NCBI GenBank assembly: GCA_950097015.1
Contig: CATNEN010000024.1
Location: 6,262,001-6,326,000, forward strand
Reading direction: 5' to 3'
Length of the DNA: 64,000 nucleotides
Source: Macrostomum hystrix
Taxonomy: Eukaryota > Animalia > Platyhelminthes
Within the stretch, counting starts at the first letter, position 1. Each line of letters opens with the position of its first letter. Below, piece after piece: positions 33,064 through 45,383 of the stretch. A model generated the notes under the pieces. It was not told the origin of the DNA and searched no databases. It worked only from the letters and a program-made list of their open reading frames with translations. The position numbers and the translations under genes are program-made.

Positions 33064-35904
33064 ATGGGCAACGCCAGCAGCTATGAAAGCGACGACTTCG
33101 AAGACAACTCAGAGAGGACTCAGAATGACTCAAGGCCCACAGTCGTAGCAGATGAGCTCTACATGGCCGCTAGACTGGACCGACAGGCCGACCTGCGTCT
33201 CCTTCTCCGCCGGCCAGGCGCCGATCCGAACGGCCGCACCACGACCGGCAGGACACCGCTGATTGGCGCCGCCCTCGGTGACTCCTGGGAGGCCGCCCAG
33301 CTGCTGCTGGACTCCGGAGCCAGGCCAGACGAGCCGGATGCGCCGGAGTTTGGCGGCTGCACGCCGTTGATGGTGGCGGCGCAGCGGGACGCTCAGGCGG
33401 TAGCCGGGGTTCTGCTTCACGCCGGCGCCGAGGCAGACGCAGCAACAGAACCTGATGGTGGGTGGCCCGTGTCACTTGCAGATTAAATTTAGGATAAATA
33501 TTTTGATTGGCAAATATTCTGATTGGTCAATGTTCTGATTGGTAAATATTCTGATCGGCCCAAAATCTAATTTGTCAATCCTTAGTTGGGATTCGCACCC
33601 GCAGGCCAGACAGCTCTGATGTGGTGCTGCCAGGCCGACCTTCCCCGAATGGCCAGCCTGTTAATCGCCCGTGGCGCGTGCATCGATCGGCATCGTCGGC
33701 GCGACTCTGCTACGCCGTTGATGCTGGCGGCGAGGAACAATGCCATCCTGTCTGCCCGCCTGCTACTAGAGCTCGGCGCCCAGATTGACAGCCGCGGCCC
33801 GGCGGGCTTCACGGCGCTGATGGTGTGCGCCCTAGTCGACGCTGTCGACGTAGCCGAGCGGCTGCTGGCTGCAGGGGCCGACCGGCTGGCTGCCGACGCA
33901 GCAGGCAGAACGGCGTTGCACGTTTGTGCCAGGTGGGTTATTTCTCCGCAGTCGTACGTGAACTCTCTGCTAATGTGATCTGCTCATGTGATCTGCTCAT
34001 GTGATCTGCTCATGTGATCTGCTCATGTGATCTGCTCATGTGATCTGCTCATGTGATCTGCTCATGTGATCTGCTCATGTGATCTGCTAATGCGATCTGC
34101 TAATGTGATCTACCACTTGTCTCACTATCGTCAGCCAAATATAGGTTTAACTGAGTGTTACGCGGGTATCTTATTTGGTCAAAATTTTGTGTCCGCAAGG
34201 GATACGAACTCACTAGGCAAAATATCAGCTGATAGTTAATAACATATGATAATAAATGAGTCATATTTGCAGGAGATCTGTGTGGGCACTGGTACAGTCA
34301 TTTAGTGGCATTTTACCTATTCCACTGACTTCTGAACACCACACCGCACACAGAACCATACGCAGGCACACTCTTAAAATGTGTGTATATCTGCCCTGGC
34401 TTTTTCATCGCCAGGCAGTGTACATTCACACTGGGCCAATAGATTTGGCCCTCATGGGAAAATTGCACACGAGTGTTGCCTCGCTGCGGAATCGAGCTTG
34501 AGACCAAAATGAGCTCAGAAAAATGGTTAACCGCTCTGCTACTCACTCCAACTAATGAATGATACGAACTGGTAAACATATTGAGACGCGCATTGTCCGC
34601 CAACCCGCCAATCAGACACGGCAGCATCCGGGTCGCCCGACTTCTGCTGGACTCCGGAGTCGATCCCAATTCTGCGCCAACAATGCCACAGTCCGGTGGT
34701 CACACCCCGACAACCCTCGCGGCGGCCCACGGTCAGTGGGCCTGCCTGCGCCTACTGGTTCGACGAGGCGCCGATTATCGACATCGTTGCGCCGATGGCA
34801 GCGATATTCAACAGTTGGCTGAGAAATCTGGCTGCTCCAAAACCGCTGAGCTGGCTAATGCACTCCTGGCTGAGTCCAACGGGTGAGGATTGGCGATTGG
34901 TCAATATTCTGAACAATTGGGCAAGCCTTGGATCACTGCTCTATAGTTAGTAACATGGACATCGTCGCAGAAAAATTACTATCTCTACAATACGAACTTA
35001 CCACTTACCACCTGTTGAACCATAGAAAAAGGGGAACGTTGTGATTGAACTTTTGAACTTTTCCGGGTTTATGTAAATTTTCCGCGTTTTTTTCATTTCT
35101 ATTCAGAGCCGGGAAAATTCTCGTCGGTGAATCATGATATCGGATCGAAATATTGTAATTCAGTAATTCATTGTCCTAAAATTGATGTATTCACGATTTT
35201 AAGGTCACTTTCAATTTCTAGGCAAGTCGATGAAAAAAAGTCCAATGTTACAAAGCGATTTGTTTTAATTCTACTATTAATAAATTTCTACGCACTTGTT
35301 GTCAAAAAAGGCTTCTAAAGTGCTTCTAATTTAATTTTAGATAACGCACTCACGCAATTTTCCTACGCGTCCCTACAACAGTACACCTAGGCGGTCGGGC
35401 ATCAGCGGGACATCCCAGCAGGACGACTTCGGTTGGCTTCACACGCACGAGGATGGCAGCCTGAGGCCGGAGCTCAAACCGGCGCTGGCCGCCATCCTCA
35501 AGACAGTCAGTGAAGATGAAGCGCTGCAGGATGATAAAGCCAGTCTAGGAGTAGCAGAAGCTTCCGGTATCACCATGGCATCACCACTACAAGCAGTCAA
35601 CACCGCGACGAACTCAAATAGTCAGCCCGCTGCGACATCGAATAATTTCACCGACTCCCAACCCGAGCTGGACAATATCATCGAACAGCTGATTATCAAA
35701 AAGCGAGTGGTTACCAAGCAGACCAGCGGCGATAGGGTTGTGTCAGTTCGAGAAGACCTAATAGAAATTCTTGTCGACTGCGGAGAGCTAAGCGAGACAG
35801 TTCATTTCAGGAGCGGCGCTGATGCAATGGTCGCTGCGAATGCCGCTCGTAGTCAAGGCCTGAGGTCGAGCGGGTCGCAGTTTTACCCAAAAATTGACAA
35901 TTGA
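33064..35904 (+). CDS. Ankyrin-repeat protein with N-myristoylation motif and unknown C-terminal region (~500 aa)
   Basis: join(33064..33457,33605..33932,34616..34882,35391..35904); an alternative in-frame acceptor lies at 35382. About 7 ANK repeats (GRTPLIGAA, GCTPLMVAA, GQTALMWCC, SATPLMLAA, GFTALMVCA, GRTALHVCA, GHTPTTLAA). N-terminus MGNASS fits MGxxxS. Confidence 0.85.
33968..34110. repeat. 13-bp tandem repeat (ankyrin intron 2)
   Basis: Unit ctgctcatgtgat. Confidence 0.92.
34327..34549 (-). mobile_element. tRNA-derived SINE family A, copy 3 (ankyrin intron 2)
   Basis: Shares tacgcaggcaca, ctgccctggctttttcatcgccaggcagtgtac, gcctcgctgcggaatcgagct and ccgctctgc.actcactcc with copies 1 and 2. 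Confidence 0.72.
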
Positions 35905-37655
35905 AACGAATTTTAATAAGTGAATTCATAAATCGTATCAAAGATGCATTCAGATCTTTTTATCTGATTGAGAGGTATCTAATGAAGAAAAAAATTTTAG
36001 GTAACTCGATAAATTATATTTTCCTGTACCACGAGTACGCGTATTGCCGTTTTAGCATCGTTTCATATCACATGGTGTATTCAGAATACACGGTGTTCAT
36101 TTGAGACTGTCTTTCATTGTCAATATCTTTAGACTTCAGTCACACAAAGAAATTCTCTTCTGGATTCTAAGCATTATTGTGACTTTAGATACACTAATTG
36201 TTTAAGGTAAAAAAACTTTATTATGTGCTCCTGCAGGTAACTATATTCATGTACACATACGTTTCAGGGACAATGCTACATACGTATAATTTGAATACGC
36301 GCTCTTAATGTGTTATTTTTACGTAATTTCTCCCCAATTGAAGCACTTCACTTCACTTCACTTTATGCATGTGCATAATTGTACTTATGTGCGTCTATTC
36401 GTTTGCATGACCAATGTTTTCTTACCCGACATACTCTGAAAATCCACGGTTCATCTTTTTTTAAATAATGCGAAACAGTAAATATTGTGATAAAATAAAA
36501 GAAAGATAACATGCGCGTGTATATTATAGTGTCCTGGAATAGATACCGATGATCACATGATTCATTCCTGACTCTTTTCTTGATTGTCACAAATTTAGGC
36601 GTAATTCCTTTTCAGAAAGAGCAAATATATAACAAGCTAATATAACAAGAAGCGAAAGCCTTAACGAATAATTAGATTATACCAATTTTAATAATGACAA
36701 ATCAGATTTGCTTACTGAATGTACGAGTGTATATATAACAATTGCAATAATATAGTATTAGCTTTTTCCAGGCTAGACAAGAGATATTTTAAGCTGTTTT
36801 CCCGTCTAGACCTCTGCCGTCGGGTGTCTGTGCGGTGATTCCCACGGTACCGCATCGCTAGGCTGGTCATTTTCGCAACGGTTCGTGGGAATAACCATGC
36901 ACCGCCTTCTACAATCTCCTTACCGAAGTTATTACAACTTCATTTTGCTCAGTTTCTGCAATATTCTTAATCGTTGTTTTTTGTAATACTTTCGCCTATT
37001 TATATCCGCTAATTTATATTACTGCATGGAGCAAGAAATTTTTTTCCGTGATTGTTTCTTCATTTCGTAATTAATTTTTTCCGTCCTAAACCTGAACCCT
37101 GATGCTCGTTATACAAAATATCGTAAATTAAACCAGAAGAAATCAAATCGTTTTTCAGTTTCTAATAAAAAACAATGAACTGTTCGATAAATTATTGAAC
37201 CCATTTCACTATATATTTGAAGTGTCAATAATATTACACATCCTATTAAAACGATTTCGCCTAGCTACTATAAATATATTTATAGAACCTATTTAAGTAT
37301 TAGTAAGTAGTAAGGCCCTTCGACTTCATTTTATAACTAAAAAATCTTTCGTTTTTACACGGCTAGGCCTACTTATTATTTTTTTAGCCCTGCCCGATAG
37401 GACTAGCCCTGGTCATTCGACATTCTATTACATTTTGTTGTTTGCTCAATGAGCCCACCTACTTACAAGCTGTATTTTGGCTCGCCTAACACAGTATAGC
37501 TCATTTCAGAAAGCGTAAGCTAGGCTAAGCAATCATTTCATAGACTAGGGCATACGCCTAGCTAGTAACATTACATAGCTGGCTACATACGTAGCATTGT
37601 CATAGGTTCAAAAATTAAGGAAAGGTTCACAACTACTTACATATTTAACGTCACC

Positions 37656-40600
37656 ATGGATAAGTCTACTCTTCCAAAACGAGCAGATGAAAATGGTCTT
37701 GAGGTAATAAAACATTTTTTTTTCTTCTACTTGTCTTAAAAGCTTACCTGCACCATCATGCCTAATGCCAAATGCCAATTGTTTAACCAATAATCCCATA
37801 CCACTATATAAAATATATCACTATCTATGTAGACTGTAATGAATTCTGAATTGAATAGGCCTAGGCATTTTTTAATCTAAGCCAAGCTAGGCCTACTTTT
37901 GCAAGCCTAGTTCAATATTGTTATGGAATATTAAGCTATATTAGGCCTATTTTATTTTTATATTTTTTGGAGCATAGGCTTAGGCTGTAACAACTTAGGA
38001 AGATTGCATATTTTTAATATGGTCTAGTTTTATAATTATTTTTTTATTGGTGAATATTCTCACTGATTTAATATATTTTTATGTTTTTTATTTATGAGCC
38101 TTTTCAGTTTTATGAAATATTATAGCTAGGCATAGGCCTACCTTGCTATTAAATTTGACCTAGCCATTAGGTTAAGATTTGATATTTGATTATACAACAA
38201 AGCCATTGGGCTAATCCTCAAAATGTTTTTGGAGCCTTTTATATATATATAATTAATGAGATAGGCCTCATTTCCTAGAAATATTTTTCCGCGAAAATTA
38301 GGGCCTAGTATTTTTGTTTAAATGCACCAACTTTTGTTTTAATGCACCGATTTTGTTTAAATTCACCGCGCATAAAATTTAAGAAGTTATAATGAAGTGA
38401 GGAGGAAGAAATTTGCTATAAATACACGAGCAGAATCAGGGAGAAAAATAACGTATGTCTGCACATACGTTCTGATAAAGAAAGCTTGAATCTTTAAGTG
38501 TTCATGTTAAAGAGTTATTTGAAAGACACATTGCGAAAGAAAAGTAACCAGAGTGGAGAATAGCTGTAACTCTAGATCCACTGGAAAGCCCAAGACGGAC
38601 TGAAAGACTGAACTGAAGATTGAATTGAAGACTGAATGAAAGACTAAAACTGAAGACCGAATTAAAGACTGAATTAAAGATTGAATTTAAGACTGAAATT
38701 GAAGAGTAATTGAAGAGTGATAAAAACGGATAAAGACGAATAAAGACTGATATAGAAAAAGTTATAAGTAAACAAATAGAGGAGATAAATACCGGCCATA
38801 TTGTAAACGCTACCAGATTGAATACATAACGCTACCATATTTGAATACCTAAACGCTACCAATTTGAATTGAGATAAGAAATACATAAAGCGAATAATTA
38901 AAGATATTTATAAGATTGACATAAAGACAGTACTTGAATAAAGTTAATAAAAAGTGCAGAAGCCTGTAACAACTTTGGTGGCATATTAAATATTAGTACA
39001 ACTTTGGTAGGATTAAATCAGCCCTACAACAACTTTGGTGACATTGTATTGAATAGAGAGAAGCCCTAGGAGGTTAATTATAAACTCTGTCAATAACATT
39101 GCTAAGATTTTAAATCTATAGTTTAGACCCAATGTTTGATAGAAATTGTATTATCAACAATGCCAATTACATACAAAGTGCATGTAACTGGAAGTAGTCA
39201 CCTGCAAAACAGAAATTGAAAATCACTATTATGCACTATCCATTCTACCCAATGAGTTGAAAATTGCCATGCCACACTGTCCACAGTTAGCTAAAAATGT
39301 ATTCCAATAAGTTTGTAATAAGGCTGGTTCACTAATATAGAAAGTATCCCAATAGTGTTAAGCCTATTCAATTTTATATTTGTCATATCAAATGACAGCT
39401 ATAATTTTTAGGACCATGGGTCTGTGCATTAATATAGATATAGCATCAATTTATTAGGAATTGGGATGCTACTACATAGCATCCCATGCTATAATGATGT
39501 TACTACAATAGGTGACAATGTCTATTCACTGAAATAACATTAAATTAGACAAAAAGAACAAATCAGAATGTTTTAAAATATTCTGCAAGGAATGTAGCAG
39601 AGCGGTGATAGGAGTTGTGACTGGGTTTTTGATTCAATAAATAATTGTATTTTTTCATAGTTTTTATATATTTATATATTTATATTTATATATTTCTACT
39701 TTTTCACAAATGTGCTACAATTTATTGTTTGTCTTTTAACATGCTAAGCAATAGAAGAGAAAAAAAACATTTTATTGGGAACAAAAGAACTAAAAACTTG
39801 CCTGACCATATTCAACTTCTGATTTTCTCTCCATTTTTAACATTGATCTGTTGATAAAATCTCTTTAGAATAGGAATATACACCCACCCCAACCATCTAC
39901 CATTGCCTTTAGCTGGTGTTTATGGATATTAAGTCATTTTAAGAAATAAATGCCTAGGGCCTACTGCTAATACCCCTTGTTTTTTAAAACTTGTAATTTG
40001 TGAATTTTATGCTTTTCACAAATAAAATACACCAGTAAATGTATGTTTGTGTTAAGTTAATACCTTGTGACAAGGCATCAATTACCAGCTGATAGAAAAT
40101 ACTTAAAACAATTAATAGGCATTGACACATGCATGTACTACAGTTTTATGTTTTGTTAAAAATAAGTAGACATCAGTTCTGTTAGAATAACTGGGCCACT
40201 AACTTAGTTATACTCTTTGTACTATCGAATGCTATCACCAATCGAATTGGTGAATTTCCACCATTTTAGAGCTTGGCCGAGGTGTTTAGTTGCTTCATCT
40301 GCATGGAGCGACTGCGAGATGCTAGACTCTGTCCGCACTGCTCAAAGCTGTGCTGCTTTGTCTGCATTTGTGTAAGTGCCTGTTATAAGCTCATGCTAAC
40401 TCACTAGTATTCATATCCGACATTGATTTATGTGCAGAAATTATCTATAAGGGACACTTAAGTTGCAAAATTAATTACATAAATAAACACATTTTAGCGC
40501 TGGATTACCGAGCAGAGGCCGCAGTGTCCACATTGCAGGTTGGTTCAAGTTCTGACAGGCATTTTTCACCTTGCTCTTTCTCTCACTTGCACTCTCTCCC

Positions 40601-43600
40601 GACCCCGACCTTCTCCTGACCATTACTCTCATCTAAACTCTCTCCCGTGACCCATACTCTCACCTGAACTCTCTCCCGTGACCCATACTCTCACCTGAAC
40701 TCTCTCCCGTGACCCATACTCTCACCTGAACTCTCTCCCGTCACCCATACTCTCACCTGAACTCTCTCCCGTGACCCATACTCTCACCTGAACTCTCTCC
40801 CGTCACCCATACTCTCACCTGAACTCTCTCCCGTCACCCATACTCTCACCTGAACTCTCTCCCGTGACCCATACTCTCACCTGAACTCTCTCCCGTGACC
40901 CATACTCTCACCTGAACTCTCTCCCGTGACCCATACTCTCACCTGAACTCTCTCCTGATTATGACTCTCACCTGAACTCTCTCTCGTGTCCCAAACTCTC
41001 ACCTGAACTCTCTCCTGATTATGACTCTCACCTGAACCCTCTCTCGTGTCCCAAACTCTCACCTGAACTCCCTCCTGATTATGAATCTCACCTGAACTCT
41101 CTCTCGTATCCCAAACTCTCACCTGAACTCTCTCCTGATTATGACTCTCACCTGAACTCTCTCCTGATTATGACTCTCACCTGAACTCTCTCTCGTATCC
41201 CAAACTCTCACCTGAACTCTCTACCATGATCCATACTCTCACCTGAACTCTCTCCCGTGACCCATACTCTCACCTGAACTCTCTCCCGTGACCCATACTC
41301 TCACCTGAACTCTCTCCCGTGACCCATACTCTCACCTGAACTCTCTCCTGATTTTGACTCTCACCTGAACTCTCTCTCGTGTCCCAAACTCTCACCTGAA
41401 CTCTCTCCTGATTATGACTCTCACCTGAACCCTCTCTCGTGTCCCAAACTCTCACCTGAACTCCCTCCTGATTATGACTCTCACCTGAACTCTCTCTCGT
41501 ATCCCAAACTCTCACCTGAACTCTCTCTCGTATCCCAAACTCTCACCTGAACTCTCTCCTGATTATGACTCTCACCTGAACTCTCTCCTGATTATGACTC
41601 TCACCTGAACTCTCTCCTGATTATGACTCTCACCTGAACCCTCTCTCGTGTCCCAAACTCTCACCTGAACTCCCTCCTGATTATGACTCTCACCTGAACT
41701 CTCTCTCGTATCCCAAACTCTCACCTGAACTCTCTCCTGATTATGACTCTCACCTGAACTCTCTCTCGTGTCCCAAACTCTCACCTGAACTCTCTCCTGA
41801 TTATGACTCTCACCTGAACTCTCTCCTGACCCTACTCTAAACAAAATTAATTCAATCCGCATTTATCCCTCATCCCACTCCCCATCGTCGCAGAGCTCGC
41901 CTCCGCATCCAGGACCTGGTGAAGTGCCGCTGGGCCGATGACGTCACATCGCAGCTGGACCAGTTACAGAATCAACCATTGTCATCGCTACAGCAGCCAG
42001 GCTCTGCCAGGTCAGCATCTGGCGGACCGGCCGCCTCCCTGACTGGCGCAGTTGGCGGCTCAGACGGTAGCGCCGGGGGCGGTGGCGGCGCAGCCAATGA
42101 TCAGTGCGAATCACACAAAGAGAAGCTGTCAGTATTCTGCCAGTCCTGCCAATTATCCGTGTGCCACAAATGCGCCCTGTTCGATGCCAGACACTCGCAG
42201 CACAAATTCGAGCCGTTAGACAGCGTCTACGAAGGGCATGTTAGGCGAGTCCAGGAACGGGTGGACCAATTGAAACGTCGAAACATGGAACTGACTGTCC
42301 TTATTCAGGAAGTGGTAGGTGAAACATGCGTGGGGCGAAATATACTACTCACTTGGTGCCATCAGTAGTAATCTAAAAATGTGTGTAAAATATAGTTAAA
42401 CGTTGTCAAAGTTATTATTATGTAGGAGACCTAATGAACCTTGTGTTTCTAAGAAACCTTGTGTTTTCTAAGAAACCTTGTGTTTCTAAGAAACCTTGTG
42501 TTTCTAAGAAACCTTGTATTTCGCGCCGCGACTTGAACCTTGTGTTTCTAAGAAACCTTGTGTTTCTAAGAAACCTTGTGTTTCTAAGAAACCTTGTGTT
42601 TCTAAGAAACCTTGTGTTTCTAAGAAACCTTGTGTTTCTAAGAAACCTTGTGTTTCTAAGAAACCTTGTGTTTCTAAGAAACCTTGTGTTTCTAAGAAAC
42701 CTTGTGTTTCTAAGAAACCTTGTGTTTCTAAGAAACCTTGTGTTTCTAAGAAACCTTGTGTTTCTAAGAAACCTTGTGTTTTTAAGATACCTTTCGCTTC
42801 TTCTTTCAGGAGAAGAACATGGAGTCTGTGAAGCAGGCAAAGGATGAAAGAGTTCGAGAGATTCGCAACGCTGTCGAACTGATGATCACTAGGCTTGATA
42901 GTCAGCTCAAGGCTAAGCTGGTTACGCTTATGACTCAGCGCAACCATCTGGTGCAGGAGACTGAGCTGCTTGAGGCCCTGCTCAATCAAGTGGAATATCA
43001 GGTCTGCATGCTGTCTAAAAGCCAGCTGATAACCAAATCTACCGAGATTCTGGCCCTATTCAATGAGGTGCACAGGTAATTTTTGGTATTTTATCTAGTT
43101 ATGCTAGATATTTCCATTGACTTTTATTATCCTAGATCTGTCCATAGACATTTTTCCCCGGATCTGTCCGTAGAAATTTCATTTTCCCAGATCTTTTCAG
43201 AATCTCTGGTCTCTTCAGAGTTTCCTGTTGATTTCGCCAATAATTTTCTCTGGTCCTCACAGACCCGAAACTCAATGAAATCCCCCCAACGAGCAGGCAG
43301 CCAATGGGAAGTTTTGTAAGCGCCCCGGTGCCGGCCGAGTTCCAATCGGAAATTGTGCCCCAGTACGACAGCAGCACATTCCGTATGGAACAGTTTAGCC
43401 AGCTGCAGCAGCGAGCCGATCCAGTCTATAGCGCGCCATTGATTGTCAGCGGGCTGAGCTGGCGACTCAAGGTCTACCCGGATGGCAACGGTGTAGTCCG
43501 CGGCAACTACCTGTCCGTTTTCCTCGAGCTGACTGCCGGCCTGCCTGAGACTAGCAAGTACGAGTACCGCGTTGAAATGGTCCATCAGCAGTCGCGCGAT

Positions 43601-45383
43601 CCGGCTAGAAATATTGTTAGGGAATTCGCCTCCGATTTCGACATTGGCGAATGCTGGGGCTATAATCGATTCTTTCGGCTAGATTTGCTCAGCAGCGAAG
43701 GCTACCTTGATCGGGACTGCCTGTTGTTGCGTTTTCAGGTTTGTTAGCTCGTTTATTCGAAACTTCGGCAGCTTTTACACAGAAATTACATTCTGGGCAA
43801 AAAAACTCGTTTTTCCAAGCAATCTTCGTATTAGAGCAGCACATTATATTTCTAAGAAACTAAAGTATTTCTTAGAAACTAATGTATTTCTTAGAAACTA
43901 ATGTATTTCTTTGAAACTAATGTATTTCTTTGAAACTAATGTATTTCAAAGATATGAAACATTCTCCTACATAAAATTTTATCTTTTTTATTGTATTTCC
44001 TAGAAATTAATATATTTCGCTGAAACGAAACAGTTTCTTAGAAACCTAGAATTTTCAAGTAGAAATCTTGCGTTCCTCCGTTTGTCCAAGCAGTCGACGT
44101 GATTTTTTTGCTATTCACTTTAAGTTTTTCTGCTACGTAAGTGTTATCAAATTAGTAATTCAATGCTTCAAATCAAGTGGTGTGTAGCCTAGTGGTTAGA
44201 GCGTCGGACTCGCGACTTGAAGGTCGGGGGTTCGACTTCCGACTCCACTGGAACAATTTGTGTCATTTAGCAAGACACTTGACTTTGCATTGCTTCATTT
44301 CACACTGCTGTAAAATGTGTCCCAGCATTAGCTGGTGTAATTGAGGGTGGGTGTAGCATACTCACAGTCTATGGACAGCCGTACGAAGTCTTCAGATGCA
44401 ACGCGCAATATAAAAATCTAAGCCTAAAGGCCTTGTTTACTATGGTCAAATATTCTGTCCTCCCTTGCATATTATTGTTCTCTCAGGTGCGCCCGCCAAC
44501 CTACCAACAAAAATGCCGCGACCTCACCTGGCACGTAGCTCAGCTTGAGGCCTCCCAGTCGCAGCAGCTGCGCACAATTGCCCAGCTGCAGGGGCGCCTC
44601 GCTTTGGCCAACCCGGCTGCCCGTTCCGGAACTGCCACCTCGACCGGCGCACCCTCTGGACCGCAGCAGCTGCCACTGCCTCCGCCGTTTCCGCCGCCGA
44701 GTGAACTTCCGCGTCATTCGGGCTTCGGACGTTATTCGAATGCTGCAGCAGCCACTGTCAACAGTCCGGACGATGCCGAAGATGTTGAAGTGGACGAGGA
44801 GAACGACGATTTGACGGCCGCCGCAGCCGTTGCAGCTTCCGTCGACATCGCTGCTGAAGTCGCCGAGTTATTCCCATTGGAGGATCTATCCCAAGCTGAT
44901 GATGATGAGGACCTTTACGTAGACGATATCGAAGATGCTGATCATCGCAGCCTCGACGACAACCGTCCAGATGATGACAGCGAAGCTGAGGAGCAGTCAG
45001 CCCTGTCCTCGGCGTCTGCCGCCGCGGCAGCTGCCGCTGTTGCCAGCTCCGCCGACTTGGAGAACGATATCGACGAGGAGGTGCACCTGTGCGACAACGA
45101 CGTCGACAATGTGCCGTTGAGACCTTCTGCGATGGCAACAGTCGCATCACCTTCGGGTACGTCTGGTAACGCCACAGTCGACTCCTTGGAATTGGACATT
45201 AGCGCCGGTCGTCTAGAAGAATTTTTTGTGGGTCTCTGGCGACCGCCGCCACTGGCAGCTCCGTCGTCGTCCGGCGGAACCGAAGACTCGGCCAGCCCGG
45301 CTGCAGTTGGCGTCGACTCTGCGAGGAATCGACCAGCCAGAAGGCCGAAGTCTTCTTCACCGTCTGGAGACGGCAAATCTTGA
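37656..45383 (+). CDS. TRIM37: E3 ubiquitin ligase TRIM37 (RING, B-box, coiled coil, MATH, acidic tail; 738 aa)
   Basis: join(37656..37703,40270..40371,40498..40538,41894..42314,42810..43075,43297..43738,44487..45383), 2217 nt. Motifs: [29 protein letters not shown]-box [13 protein letters not shown]...[45 protein letters not shown] and [11 protein letters not shown]. Exon 1 (caccATGG context, [16 protein letters not shown]) is the least certain. Confidence 0.95.
38595..38750. repeat. Degenerate gaagactgaa-type repeat (TRIM37 intron 1)
   Basis: Recurrent aagactgaa/ttgaag. Confidence 0.6.
40625..41830. repeat. Compound 29/31-bp minisatellite (TRIM37 intron 3)
   Basis: Core actctcacctgaactctctc with variants ccgtgacccat, ctgattatg and tcgt(g/a)tcccaa. 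Confidence 0.94.
42440..42785. repeat. 18-bp minisatellite (TRIM37 intron 4)
   Basis: Unit ttctaagaaaccttgtgt; one short unique interruption near 42520. Confidence 0.94.
43850..43945. repeat. 19-bp tandem repeat (TRIM37 intron 6)
   Basis: Unit tatttcttagaaactaatg. Confidence 0.85.
44177..44416 (+). mobile_element. tRNA-derived SINE family B with CORE-like central domain (TRIM37 intron 6)
   Basis: A box TAGCCTAGTGG and B box GGTTCGACT, followed by tgtgtcatttagcaagacact...ttgcttca...ctgtaaaatg, which resembles the CORE-SINE domain. Confidence 0.7.

Noticed and set aside
44177-44250. Possible tRNA gene
   Set aside because: A and B boxes are present but the T arm is irregular, and the sequence continues into a CORE-like SINE body with a second copy at 20661. 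A tRNAscan-SE score would settle it.
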